A DNA stretch of 64,000 bases from Oceanispirochaeta sp. (GCA_963663385.2 CAXXXD010000001.1:352001-416000), one strand, 5' to 3'. Shown: positions 18,761 to 29,184, counted from the stretch's first letter. Notes: generated by a model from the letters alone, not told the origin. Program-made: numbers and translations.

Positions 18761-19642
18761 ATGACTGAAAATTTCGAATCAAAAGGAGAAAAGGCATTTC
18801 GCTTTGCCAATGCCGTATTTCTCCTTATTATTACAGCATTCTTTTTATTGCCCTTTCTGATTACTCTGGCCGGATCTTTTATATCGGAGAGTGAATTCCT
18901 CAAGCGGGATGGGTTAATTCTGATTCCCAAGAACCCTGATATTTCCGCCTATCAAATGCTTCTGACCGAAGGAAGCGCTGTCTTTACAGCCTTTAGAATA
19001 ACCCTCTTCAGAACTATTATCGGAGGGTTCTTTCAGATAATGACAACGGCGGCCCTGGCGTATGGATTATCAAAAAGAAACCTGACGGGGAGGAAATTCC
19101 TGATTTCAGCTCTTATGATCTGTCTGGTTTTTCCGGTTCAGATTATCCCCCAGTACCTTGTTGTAAAAAACTTCGGCCTCATTGATTCTGTATGGTCTCT
19201 GGTTTTTCCCTGGCTGATCAATACACAATATGTTTTTATCATGATGGCTTTCTTCCAGCAGATTCCCGAGTCCCTGGAAGAAGCTGCGGTTATAGACGGA
19301 TGCAGCCATCTGACAATATTCATTAAGATTATACTGCCCCTCAGTCTGGCCTCGATTGCAACAATTGGCCTCTTCTACGCGGTCTGGCAGTGGAACTCCT
19401 GGTATGATGCGGCTATGTTTATCAATGATTCGGAAAAATTTCCCGTACAGAATTTACTGAGGACAATACTGGTTTCGTCAACGATGGATTCCGTACTGAC
19501 GGAAAACAATACCAATCCGCCCCCCTCTGAGAGCATCAAGGGGGCAATCATTGTTATTACCTCTCTCCCCATACTCTGTGTGTACCCTTTTGTCCAGAAA
19601 TACTTTGTCAAAGGGTTTATGGTCGGTTCGGTAAAGGGATAG
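18761..19642 (+). CDS. Carbohydrate ABC transporter permease (LplC-like)
   Basis: IPESLEEAAVIDG, WNSWYDA, YPFVQKYFVKGFMVGSVKG. Confidence 0.93.
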   Translation: MTENFESKGEKAFRFANAVFLLIITAFFLLPFLITLAGSFISESEFLKRDGLILIPKNPDISAYQMLLTEGSAVFTAFRITLFRTIIGGFFQIMTTAALAYGLSKRNLTGRKFLISALMICLVFPVQIIPQYLVVKNFGLIDSVWSLVFPWLINTQYVFIMMAFFQQIPESLEEAAVIDGCSHLTIFIKIILPLSLASIATIGLFYAVWQWNSWYDAAMFINDSEKFPVQNLLRTILVSSTMDSVLTENNTNPPPSESIKGAIIVITSLPILCVYPFVQKYFVKGFMVGSVKG

Positions 19643-19686
19643 ATATAATTATTATGACGATCTTTTCGGAGATCGTTTTTTAAACA

Positions 19687-20133
19687 TCATTCAATCCGTT
19701 CAAGATAATCCAGAAGCTCCTCCTGGGAGTCCAACACTTTATCCATAGGAGAACTGAGCATGGGATTCAACCTGGAATCAAGGAATGAAGCCCGCATGTC
19801 AGAATGCAGTCCTATTATATGAATGTTCTTCTCCTTCAGGAATTTATACGTATAGGCCATACCGAGAGCGACACTGGCGCCCTCATCGGGAACCCGCCCA
19901 TCCAGAACAAACAGAAAAATATCCGTTTTAAAAATTCTGTCCCTGTCCATCAGGAAGATTTTTCTGTTTTTATCACTGATGTCCTGATTTTTCTGCAAGG
20001 GAGAATCCTCGATGATTCCATCCCTTTGAGGAAGAAAAACCTCATATCCGAGGGCTTCAATTTTTTGTGCCAGTTTTGCATTGAAGTTTCTTTCAGATTC
20101 ACTGAATAGAGGGGCTGCGAAGTATAGTTTCAT
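19687..20133 (-). CDS. Nucleoside 2-deoxyribosyltransferase family protein
   Basis: MKLYFAAPLFSESERNFN, VFLPQRDG, IF.MD, LDGRVPDEG...LG.A, NPML; start at ATG 20133. Confidence 0.8.
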   Translation of the reverse strand: MKLYFAAPLFSESERNFNAKLAQKIEALGYEVFLPQRDGIIEDSPLQKNQDISDKNRKIFLMDRDRIFKTDIFLFVLDGRVPDEGASVALGMAYTYKFLKEKNIHIIGLHSDMRASFLDSRLNPMLSSPMDKVLDSQEELLDYLERIE

Positions 20134-20259
20134 GAAAACTCCTTTGGAACTACCGCTTTCCATCCTGTGTTTTTTTCTCATCTCTCTTATTAGATAATTC
20201 TTAAGAGAAATCATCCGAACCCACAGTTCTGAATTATTCTAACTTATAATCCGGCAATA

Positions 20260-20288
20260 TTGACAAAATAAAAAGGGCTACCTATACT
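20260..20288 (+). promoter_or_regulatory. Sigma-70 promoter of tRNA-Leu copy 1
   Basis: TTGACA-N17-TATACT ending 12 bp before the tRNA. Confidence 0.75.
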
Positions 20289-20300
20289 AAGTCCACGTCT

Positions 20301-20384
20301 GCCTGGATGGTGAAATTGGTAGACACGCTAGTTTCAGGGACTAGTGCTCGCAAGGGCGTGGAGGTTCGAGTCCTCTTCCAGGCA
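20301..20384 (+). tRNA. tRNA-Leu(CAG), copy 1
   Basis: GCCTGGA/TCCAGGC acceptor stem, CTAGT-TTCAGGG-ACTAG anticodon arm, long variable arm, GGTTCGAGTCC T-arm; CCA not encoded. Confidence 0.97.
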
Positions 20385-20385
20385 T

Positions 20386-20425
20386 AAAAAGACCCGGTTA
20401 CCGAAAGGTGACCGGGTCTTTTTTT
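20386..20425. terminator. Bidirectional intrinsic terminator after tRNA-Leu copy 1
   Basis: AAAAAGACCCGGTTACC-GAAA-GGTGACCGGGTCTTTTTTT. Confidence 0.88.
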
Positions 20426-20457
20426 GTTTCAATGATAAAGGTCTCGATTGATTATCA

Positions 20458-22485
20458 TCAAACCTCCAAAACCAGGCACATAGTCGTTTTAGCCGGAAAT
20501 CCTCCGTTCACCCTGTAGGAGTTCTTCCCCAGCCCTTCCAGCAGGAGGGACTCGGCCTCGCCGTTTATTCTGGAAATACGGGATGCTTTCTCTGTATGAA
20601 ACGGCAGACTCAAATCAACGGATTCATAATCGTCGGAGCCGAAGTTGGACAGCAGCATAATCTGTCTGCCTCCCCGGTCAAAGTGGTTAACTGTAGTATA
20701 AGGCAGGTTTTTAACCATTACCGGAAACCGGTCCATTGATTCCAGAAGCAGGGATTGGAGAATCTCCTGCCTAACCGGATGAAGGAATGATAGATAGTCT
20801 TCCCGGAATCTCCCGAAGGGGAAAATTATAAGGTTATTATACCTGACGACTCCCTGACCGACAGGCTCTCCCTGGGGGGAGTGAAGCTTCGTTAAAGCCT
20901 TGACATCCGTATTATAGGTAATATCCAGCCAGTCTCCGGACTCAAGAGTCTCCGACAGACCCTGAACGGACATCCGTGCCTCGGGTAATCCGTGATAAAC
21001 CTGTCCATTACAGACCTGTTCAAAGCTATGGTATCCCGAATTCAGGCAGTGCCATTCGATGGATTCAATGGGCAGCAGATGCCCCAGATCCATATCAATA
21101 AGGGTTGCAACAGCCTCGCCATCCAGCATTGCACGGTTGCTCTCAAGGAGGAAACGAACCTGCTGCTCAGTGAGATTACGGAAATACTGACCGCTGACAG
21201 CAATTGTTACACCGGTGATGGAGGGATCGGTACAGTAACAGTTGGCGATGCCGAAAGCTGATAAGTATTCGGCCCAGAAGGTTTCCCGGGGACGAAGCGC
21301 ATCGGGGGACTGGCCGCCGGAGGTTTTGAGGGTGTAGGATGACCGGGGATCGACCATAACCCTGACACCCTCTTCGTCACATCGCGCCAACTCCAGACGG
21401 TTAACACCGTCGAGATAGGGGCGGATTCGCTTAAGGTATGTCTCGTTTTTCTGCTCAAAAGCGATTCCGTTCCCGATCATATCGGAGATATTGATGCTGA
21501 TCCCTTCGCTGCACAGAGCCAGAGATGCCTCAATCTGGAAGGAAGCGAAACGGTGGGATTTGGAAAATGTCGTATGGGGAAAGTTATCCAGCTCCGGCCA
21601 TAGCTCGGTCTGACCGGGAAGGAAGGCGGCGGTGAGGCGGGAGTATCGCTGAAACTCCAGACAGTATTGCGACCCGGCGACCTCCCGGTACGCGGGCAGA
21701 TGGGGGCGGTTCAAATATCGGTGAGTCCCGGACAGGTTTGACAGAACCCGATCCCAATCCCGGCCTTCAACGCAGTGGGCCTGGGGAGCGCTGCTCATAA
21801 GGCCGATCCGGCTTTCCGGAGCAACAGAACGCACCGCATGGCCGATTTTCCGGCCGAAATCAGCCATTGTACAGCCCATCACATCGAGCCAGATCTTGCG
21901 GGAGGGATGGACCTCGCCGGGCTGCAGCATTTCCCGGATAAAGTCCTCTCTGGTTAAATCCCGTCCCGCCTCTTTGGAGAAAAGGTTCATATGTTTGTCG
22001 CAGAAGCACCCGCCCCATTCCAGGGGAGCATGATTATGGAGGCGGAAATCATCCTCCACCCAGATGGTATCGAATCCCATTTCGGCGTAACGGGCATAGA
22101 TTTTAGTCAGGTAGTCGGTAAAGTTTTCACACAGGGGACAGGCCACCGCATCCGCATCCCGGCCCTTATAGTCCCGCATGGTTGTAAAGGCCTGACCGGG
22201 TTTGAGCTTTCTTCCCCGATCGGTATGCAGGGTGGTTGTCCATGGATTCAATGAGAAGGAAATCCCCTCCCCCTTCAGCCGCTCCCTGAAGGATGCCAGC
22301 ATTTTCAGCCATGGTTCGGTCTCTTCAAACGTCAGATGCCCCTGATTCACCTCTTCCATGTTCATATGAAACTGAATATCGTTTATTCCTGCCTCCCGGC
22401 AGAATGCTAAAACTTCTTCAAACTTTTCCTGGCTGCGAAAGCCAGGACAGACACCTATCCGCAGACTGTAAACAAATTTTTTCAT
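20458..22485 (-). CDS. Uncharacterised protein, probable glycoside hydrolase (TIM-barrel-like N-terminus)
   Basis: Last gene of a sugar ABC operon; CP, IWVEDDFR, GCFC..H and WPELDN motifs resemble GH-type barrels; family not assigned. Confidence 0.55.
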   Translation of the reverse strand: MKKFVYSLRIGVCPGFRSQEKFEEVLAFCREAGINDIQFHMNMEEVNQGHLTFEETEPWLKMLASFRERLKGEGISFSLNPWTTTLHTDRGRKLKPGQAFTTMRDYKGRDADAVACPLCENFTDYLTKIYARYAEMGFDTIWVEDDFRLHNHAPLEWGGCFCDKHMNLFSKEAGRDLTREDFIREMLQPGEVHPSRKIWLDVMGCTMADFGRKIGHAVRSVAPESRIGLMSSAPQAHCVEGRDWDRVLSNLSGTHRYLNRPHLPAYREVAGSQYCLEFQRYSRLTAAFLPGQTELWPELDNFPHTTFSKSHRFASFQIEASLALCSEGISINISDMIGNGIAFEQKNETYLKRIRPYLDGVNRLELARCDEEGVRVMVDPRSSYTLKTSGGQSPDALRPRETFWAEYLSAFGIANCYCTDPSITGVTIAVSGQYFRNLTEQQVRFLLESNRAMLDGEAVATLIDMDLGHLLPIESIEWHCLNSGYHSFEQVCNGQVYHGLPEARMSVQGLSETLESGDWLDITYNTDVKALTKLHSPQGEPVGQGVVRYNNLIIFPFGRFREDYLSFLHPVRQEILQSLLLESMDRFPVMVKNLPYTTVNHFDRGGRQIMLLSNFGSDDYESVDLSLPFHTEKASRISRINGEAESLLLEGLGKNSYRVNGGFPAKTTMCLVLEV

Positions 22486-22488
22486 CAA

Positions 22489-23334
22489 TTACCCCTTTAT
22501 TCCGCCCAGAGTGATTCCCGAAGTCAGTTTCTTCTGAACAAAGCCGTAGAAGATCATCGTCGGAAGCATTACAATCACAAGACCCGCAAACATAGCCCCC
22601 CAGTCGGTGGCATATTTCTGAATCTCCATCAGGTTTTTCAGCCCGACCGACAAGGTTCTTTTGCCCGGAGTGGTTAACAGAGTCAACGCCAGCATGTACT
22701 CATTCCAGAAAGTCATAAACCCGAAGAGGCTGACAGTAACCAGCCCGGGCCGCGCCATGGGAACGATGATTCTGTAGAGAATCAACATATGACCGCAGCC
22801 GTCGATACTGGCCGCATCTTCATAATCTTTTGGAATACCCTTCATAAACCCGGAGAGTAAGTAGACATTGAAGGGTATGGCCGTAGCGGCATAAACGAGG
22901 CAGAGCATGAGCCTGTTGTCCAGGGTGTTCAGGTTCTTCATCAGTATGAACAGGGGAACCACAATGTAGTTGGCATTGATGAACAGCCCCGCCAGGATCA
23001 GGAGATTGATCACTCTGGAACCGAAAAAGCGTTGCCGCCCCAGAGCATAAGAGGCGGGTATCACCAGAAAGAGCAGAATCGCCAGTGAAAGCAGGGTCAC
23101 TCCGATGGAGTTAATGAAGTACAGTCCCATATGGGCCTTCTGAACCGCATTGATGTAGTTCACAAACTGGGGTTCCGCCGGGAGAATCCAGGGGGACTGA
23201 AGGAATTCCGCACTTGTCTTGAAGGATGTGACGATGGCCCAGAGAATTGGCCCCGCCACCACAGTACTGATTACCAGCATAACAACTCGCAGCAGGTTCT
23301 CTTTGAATATGCGATTCAATTTTCCTGTATTCAT
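22489..23334 (-). CDS. Carbohydrate ABC transporter permease (MalG-like)
   Basis: IPKDYEDAASIDG, WNEY, DWGAMFAG, GITLGGIKG. Confidence 0.93.
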   Translation of the reverse strand: MNTGKLNRIFKENLLRVVMLVISTVVAGPILWAIVTSFKTSAEFLQSPWILPAEPQFVNYINAVQKAHMGLYFINSIGVTLLSLAILLFLVIPASYALGRQRFFGSRVINLLILAGLFINANYIVVPLFILMKNLNTLDNRLMLCLVYAATAIPFNVYLLSGFMKGIPKDYEDAASIDGCGHMLILYRIIVPMARPGLVTVSLFGFMTFWNEYMLALTLLTTPGKRTLSVGLKNLMEIQKYATDWGAMFAGLVIVMLPTMIFYGFVQKKLTSGITLGGIKG

Positions 23335-23335
23335 A

Positions 23336-24253
23336 TCAGTTCTCCTTTTTACCGGTCAGAATGTTGACAATAACAGCCAGTACCAGGGAGAAGAGAAAAA
23401 TAAAGACAGCCACAGCCATGGAGTACCCGAAGTTTGCATTGGTAAATGCCTGCCGGTACATGTAGGAGAGAAGCACCTCACTGCTGTAGTTCTGGCTTGT
23501 ATTGGTCATTACGCTGACCACCAGAAAACTCGTAGACAGGGTGGAGGCGATGAAAAAGACAAGGGTTACCCGGATGATCTCCCATGTCAGGGGAACCGTA
23601 ATGGCAAAGAACTGTCTGAGCTTTGAGGCTCCGGCTATATCGGCTGCCTCGTAGACATCCTTTGGAATAGTATCCATCCCGGCAATATACATAACCATGT
23701 AGTAACCGAAAGCCTGCCAGATCATGGCCGCCGCAATGGCCCATAGCACAGTTTCGGACTCGCCCAGCCAGGCCCGGCACCAGGAATCCAGCCCCGCAGC
23801 CTTAAGCAGATTATTCAGAATACCCGTATTGGGGGCAAAGATATTCTTGAAGAGGGTGCCGATTACAACAAATGACAGCACATTGGGAAAAAAGAAAAGG
23901 GTTCTGTATAAACTTCGCTCCTTCAGTTTCGTCTTGCTCAATGTATAGGCAAGAAAGAGCGCCAGAACCATTGTGATACCGGTTACGACCACCATGAGAA
24001 AAATGGTATTGCGAAAGGCCAGCCAGAAAACCTGATCCTCCATCAGCCTCACAAAGTTCTCAATCCCTGCAAATCGTTTATGGGGAGACAGACCGCTCCA
24101 GTGGAATACGGAATTTCCAAAAACATTAAGGGTCGGGTATATCATAAAGATGAGATACAGAATCAGGGAGGGCAGAATGCAGTAGGCCAGGAATCCCCGG
24201 CGGCGCCACTCACCCCGGGTCCGGGTGTTGAATAGACTATTCAGAGTTTTCAC
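23336..24253 (-). CDS. Carbohydrate ABC transporter permease (MalF-like)
   Basis: FAGIENF, FFFPNVLS, IPKDVYEAADIAGAS, FGYSMA. Confidence 0.93.
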   Translation of the reverse strand: MKTLNSLFNTRTRGEWRRRGFLAYCILPSLILYLIFMIYPTLNVFGNSVFHWSGLSPHKRFAGIENFVRLMEDQVFWLAFRNTIFLMVVVTGITMVLALFLAYTLSKTKLKERSLYRTLFFFPNVLSFVVIGTLFKNIFAPNTGILNNLLKAAGLDSWCRAWLGESETVLWAIAAAMIWQAFGYYMVMYIAGMDTIPKDVYEAADIAGASKLRQFFAITVPLTWEIIRVTLVFFIASTLSTSFLVVSVMTNTSQNYSSEVLLSYMYRQAFTNANFGYSMAVAVFIFLFSLVLAVIVNILTGKKEN

Positions 24254-24323
24254 GATAATACAACCTTTGGGATATGAAAGGGACAGGATGAAAGATCCCT
24301 GCCCCTTTTAAGATAGGATAGGT

Positions 24324-25637
24324 TTATTTGACCAGGTGATCCTTAACCTGGGCACTCACTTCTTCGGTGTGGGCTATCCATTGTTCAACAGAGATTCTGC
24401 CGGACATAATGCCGCCGAGCTGATTGAAGAACTCATCCCGGGGAACCAGTGACGTATCAACAACCACGCCGAAGGGCTGTCCCAGCAGAGGCTGATACCC
24501 CTTGGTGAAGATCTGATAGGATTCGTAAGTAGCCGGAGAGACAGAGTTTTTCAGATACTCTACAGCACCTTTAATCGGGGGAACCCCTTTGGCCAGTTCG
24601 GCATTGAGCTTGATCGCCTCATCGGTGTACTGAAAGGCCAGGAATTTTTTAGCCATGTCTATGTTTTTAGCCGCCGCAGGGATGTAGATCTCTTCCAGAG
24701 AGGAGTATACGTACTTGTCATCCCGGGCATTCATAACAGGGGGAGCACAGAATCCGAATTCAAATCCATCTTCCCGGGGGGCGTCAGCCATTTCCCCTTC
24801 CACCCAGGCGCCGTTGGGATGAAGCAGGGCGTTACCCAACAGCCACTGGCTCTGGGCCTGCGTGTGGTCCAGGGCAACGGTGCCTTCCATCAGGTAACCA
24901 TCTGTCCCTATGCGGGCGATATTTTCCAGGACCTTCTGAATGTCATCATTTGTCCAGGCACCGGCTTCATAATCGGCACAGGCGGTAAAGCCGGCGGGTC
25001 CGGTGGCAGCAGCGATGGCAGGATAAATCAGACTCTCGTTATAGGAAGGATAGATCCCCTGATAAGTGTAGAGAGAACGGCCCAGCTGTATGGCTTTTTC
25101 TCCGAGGAGAAAAAAGTCATCCCAGGTTACAGGAGGTGTCAGATTATTCTCATCGAAGAAGTTCCTGTTGTACCAGAGTCCCATGGCTGAGTAGTACATG
25201 GGAGCCAGATAAACCCGACCGTCTCCATAAGGCTGGCAGGCAGGGTTATTGATGAATCCGGGGAGGAACCGGTCACTGATGGATTCGATAACATCACTGA
25301 TATCCGTTAAGGCCCGGTCTTTGATCAGAGCCTGGGCGACACCGGAACTGTTGCTGGTTGCCATGTAGATAAAATCCGGGGGATTGCCCGCCAGGATGTT
25401 GGGTCGGATAATATCTCCGATTTCAGGATTGGCGGTGACATTAACGGTTACACCGGGATTTGCCTTTTCGAAAGCCTCCGCAACGGCATCCCAATAGGCC
25501 CGTCCATAGCCCCCTTCAAATACAGCGATTTCCAGAACCGTCCCTTCGGACTGTCCGTCCCGCTCTTCCTGGGTTCCGCCGGCGAACAGCATGGAGGCTG
25601 CCATGACGAAGGACAACAACAAGGTTAATCTTTTCAT
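24324..25637 (-). CDS. Carbohydrate ABC transporter solute-binding protein (NgcE-like)
   Basis: Signal peptide plus GGTQE; FEGGYG..YW, AGNPPD, PVTWDDF, DHTQAQ..WL.G.A...PNG.W. Confidence 0.88.
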   Translation of the reverse strand: MKRLTLLLSFVMAASMLFAGGTQEERDGQSEGTVLEIAVFEGGYGRAYWDAVAEAFEKANPGVTVNVTANPEIGDIIRPNILAGNPPDFIYMATSNSSGVAQALIKDRALTDISDVIESISDRFLPGFINNPACQPYGDGRVYLAPMYYSAMGLWYNRNFFDENNLTPPVTWDDFFLLGEKAIQLGRSLYTYQGIYPSYNESLIYPAIAAATGPAGFTACADYEAGAWTNDDIQKVLENIARIGTDGYLMEGTVALDHTQAQSQWLLGNALLHPNGAWVEGEMADAPREDGFEFGFCAPPVMNARDDKYVYSSLEEIYIPAAAKNIDMAKKFLAFQYTDEAIKLNAELAKGVPPIKGAVEYLKNSVSPATYESYQIFTKGYQPLLGQPFGVVVDTSLVPRDEFFNQLGGIMSGRISVEQWIAHTEEVSAQVKDHLVK

Positions 25638-25898
25638 TTCTACTTTTCTCCTTTTTTTGTTTCCGTTGCACGGATTACCAGTATTATCCGGGCCATCCTG
25701 TTATTTGAAAATCAACAAATCGAAGGAATCCCTTCACATTTTCGGCAATTAATGCTCCTGCTTACACTATTCATCCTATTTCTTATCCTATCCTGTCCAG
25801 AGGGAAATTATTACCCGGGAATGGTGATTATACCCCTTGCGCCGCCCGATGAAGGATGTATACTGACGGGTATTATTCCGTTTTTCCTGCAGGGACAG

Positions 25899-27671
25899 AT
25901 GATGAAACCGAAGATTCGCCGCTATATCCGCAGAATACCCATCTCAAAAAGAGTTGTGCTCCTGGTATTTCTGGGCAGTATCGTTCCTATTATCCTGGCT
26001 AATCTATTTGCCTATTCCCAATCCCGCTCTGCCGTTGTGAATACCGCTATGGAATACAACGTGCAAATGATGGATCTGATCAGACAGAACCTGAGGCTGA
26101 GCTGCGATAAAGGTCGGAATCTGGTGGATGAGATACTGGTGGATCCCATAATCAAAACAGCTTTAAGAGAGTTCAAATCCCTTGAGGACAGTGACAAAAA
26201 TGTGATGATCCGGAACATCGCCAAAGGGATCAAACAAAATGTAAATATGCTGGAATATGTCCAGGACATCCGGTTGATGACACCGGACAACACCCAGATC
26301 TATACCTTTTCCCATCGTTATACCCGGCAGGAAATCCTGGATGCCAATTTTAATATGATTCGAAACAGCAATGAGAATGAACTCTGGCAGATTTCCAACA
26401 GAAAGGGGCGTCCGGTTATTAACCTATCCCGCAAAATCATCCATCTGGGTACACTGGAAGCTCAGGGATATCTGCTGCTGACCATCGATATGACCCTGAT
26501 CAATAATCCCAAATTCAGATTCACCGGATATGATCGATTGAAGTTGATGCTGATAGACTCTTACGGCAACACCTATCATTTCGGAGAAGAGGAGGAACCG
26601 GGAATCAGTCAGGATGTGATCGACACACTCACATCAATGGAACAGAACAGTAATATCGCCAGATTCACCGGAGACAGGGAGAACTTTATAACCTCATTCC
26701 GGGATCCCGAACTGGACTGGACGGTTGTCTCTTATATTCCCTACGCGGAGTTGAATTTTTCCACCAAACACATTCTGTGGACGACGATCCTGATGGCCGC
26801 CCTTCTTCTGGCAATCTGCCTGGGAATCTCCCATATAATCATTCGCAGCATCACATTTCCGCTGAATGCCCTGGTCAACTCGGTAAACAGGGCGTCCACA
26901 GTGAAATTCGAAACCCCCCTTGTGGATGAAGCGAATGATGAACTGGGATATATGGCCAAGGCCTATAATGAGGTTGTTCTGGAGGTGAAAGACCTGATCA
27001 GCCAGGTTGAAGGTGAGCAGAAGGCCAAGCGAAAGGCTGAGGTAAAAATGCTACAGGCTCAAATTAATCCCCACTTTCTGTTCAACACCCTGGACAGCCT
27101 CAGGTTTGCCGCTGCCATGAGCAATGCCCATTCGGTAAGCAACGGATTATCCGCTCTATCCCATCTTCTCAGAAACTCCATTGTCAGCAGTGAACCGATA
27201 ATCTCACTGGATCAGGAAATAAAAAACATACGAGATTACCTGACCATTCAAACCATCCGATACGGGAACTGCATCGACTTTACTGTTGACAGGGATAGAC
27301 AGTCAGGCAATGCCAGGATCATGAAACTCCTGCTGCAGCCGATTGTTGAAAATTCCATAATTCATGGTTTGAAAAACGATGATGAAAGTGAAATAGAAAT
27401 CAGACTTTCTGCAGAAGTAAAGGAAGGAATGACCTGTATCACCATAACCGATGACGGGATAGGGTTTGATCCCCTGGAGAAAATTGACAGTGTGACGAAT
27501 CGGTTCAAGTCGAGTAAATTATCGGGGATCGGTCTGGAAAATGTGAAGGAGCGGCTGAAGCTGCAGTACGGGTCATCCCAAAGCTTCACCTTAGAGAGCA
27601 GCCCGGGCGGAGGCACCACAGTACGAATAGCCTATACCTGGGAGTTGGCAGAAGGAGCGGATAGTGTATAA
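25899..27671 (+). CDS. YesM-like sensor histidine kinase
   Basis: Two TM, HAMP (DELG), LQAQINPHFLFNTL, LLQPIVENSIIHG, DDGIG, GIGLENV. Confidence 0.93.
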   Translation: MMKPKIRRYIRRIPISKRVVLLVFLGSIVPIILANLFAYSQSRSAVVNTAMEYNVQMMDLIRQNLRLSCDKGRNLVDEILVDPIIKTALREFKSLEDSDKNVMIRNIAKGIKQNVNMLEYVQDIRLMTPDNTQIYTFSHRYTRQEILDANFNMIRNSNENELWQISNRKGRPVINLSRKIIHLGTLEAQGYLLLTIDMTLINNPKFRFTGYDRLKLMLIDSYGNTYHFGEEEEPGISQDVIDTLTSMEQNSNIARFTGDRENFITSFRDPELDWTVVSYIPYAELNFSTKHILWTTILMAALLLAICLGISHIIIRSITFPLNALVNSVNRASTVKFETPLVDEANDELGYMAKAYNEVVLEVKDLISQVEGEQKAKRKAEVKMLQAQINPHFLFNTLDSLRFAAAMSNAHSVSNGLSALSHLLRNSIVSSEPIISLDQEIKNIRDYLTIQTIRYGNCIDFTVDRDRQSGNARIMKLLLQPIVENSIIHGLKNDDESEIEIRLSAEVKEGMTCITITDDGIGFDPLEKIDSVTNRFKSSKLSGIGLENVKERLKLQYGSSQSFTLESSPGGGTTVRIAYTWELAEGADSV

Positions 27672-29184
27672 AGCGGTCATAGTGGATGACGAGAAGATTG
27701 TCAGGGTAGCCCTGAAAACAATGCTGGACTGGGATAAGGCCGGTTTTGAAATCTGTCAGTCCGTAGGCAGCGCCGAAGCCGCCTTGAAGGCGATCCACCG
27801 ATTCAGTCCCGATCTTGTAATCACCGATATTGTGATGCCCGATATGGACGGACTGGACCTTATCCGTTCCGCCCGAAACGCCGGATTTGCCGGTGATTTT
27901 ATAATCCTGACAAATTATCAGAATTTCGATTATGCCATTGAAGCCCTGCACAACGAAGTTCTGGATTATATAATCAAAACCGACATCTCCCCCGAAATCA
28001 TAGGAAAAGCTGTCCGGAAAGCCGGGGAAAAGATCGGCAGCCGGCGAAAATCCGCTCACAGCGAAGAAGGAGAAACCGTATCAGATGATGATACCGATCG
28101 GATCAGGAGACACCTGCTTAATCCGGAAAAGCCTTTTATTTTTTCAGCCCCCTGTCATGCTCTGTTCATCTTCCTGCCTTCCAGTCTTGAATCCTCTCCG
28201 CCGGAAATCTCCCCGGGACTCCTTCAGAACGTTACAGGTGAAGCCGTTAAGGATCTCCATGATCGTCTGATATCCCTCACCCCGGATACTCTGCTCATCC
28301 CCCTTTCGATAGACTTCGCTGCAAAAATATCGGAATCAGGAAACAAAATACTCCCCCGCATTCAAAACCTTGTCCAACTGTACATGAACAGCGAATGCGG
28401 TTTTGTACTGACATCCTCTCTGGGCAGCACCTCTGATCTGGATAGAGCTTTAAACCGGTGCCGGGTCTCCGCCCGCGCGGTATTATACGATGGGTTCTCA
28501 ACCCTGCTGCGGGAAGAACACGCAACCCGGTTTTCTTCGGGAGATCTCAAGGGAAAGAAAATCTATGCGGATCTTACCCATCTGATTAATGAGTATCAGT
28601 ACGATAGTGCAAAGAATCTGATTCGGGAACTGGCTGATCACTGCCGGAATATGAGAATTGATCCGGGGATTGTCTCAAACCTTTTCCAGGCCCTTCTCCG
28701 GCTTCTCCATATGGATTATATGGTCTGGTTTCCCCGGGAGGAGCCGGAACAAAGAACTCTCCATAAACTCTCTACTCTGGAGCAGTACAACCACGCTCTG
28801 GAGGCCATGGTTGATGCCATCGGAAAAAACAGGATTGATTTTTCAGAAACCGCCTGCCGCAGAGAGGTCTTACACATCGACAACCATATCAAAGAAAATA
28901 TTGAACAGAAAGTCACCTTGTCCGATCTGAGTAAAAGTGTGAACATGTCGGAAAACTATATCAGCCGCCTTTTTAAGGTCGAGACAGGTATCAACATAAT
29001 CCAGTACATAAACCTGATCAAACTGGAGAAGGCCAAGGAACTTCTGCTTATCAAGGACAATTCGATTAAAGAGGTGGCCTACAAGGTCGGATACGATACG
29101 CCCTCCTACTTCAATCGACTATTCAACAAGCTTTACGGTATCAATCCTACCGATTACATCCAGATGATAGAACAGCTGAGTTGA
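27664..29184 (+). CDS. YesN-like response regulator (receiver + AraC HTH)
   Basis: IVDDE, ITDIVMPDMDG; C-terminal YISRLFK...VGYDTPSYFNRLF. Confidence 0.93.
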   Translation: MYKAVIVDDEKIVRVALKTMLDWDKAGFEICQSVGSAEAALKAIHRFSPDLVITDIVMPDMDGLDLIRSARNAGFAGDFIILTNYQNFDYAIEALHNEVLDYIIKTDISPEIIGKAVRKAGEKIGSRRKSAHSEEGETVSDDDTDRIRRHLLNPEKPFIFSAPCHALFIFLPSSLESSPPEISPGLLQNVTGEAVKDLHDRLISLTPDTLLIPLSIDFAAKISESGNKILPRIQNLVQLYMNSECGFVLTSSLGSTSDLDRALNRCRVSARAVLYDGFSTLLREEHATRFSSGDLKGKKIYADLTHLINEYQYDSAKNLIRELADHCRNMRIDPGIVSNLFQALLRLLHMDYMVWFPREEPEQRTLHKLSTLEQYNHALEAMVDAIGKNRIDFSETACRREVLHIDNHIKENIEQKVTLSDLSKSVNMSENYISRLFKVETGINIIQYINLIKLEKAKELLLIKDNSIKEVAYKVGYDTPSYFNRLFNKLYGINPTDYIQMIEQLS

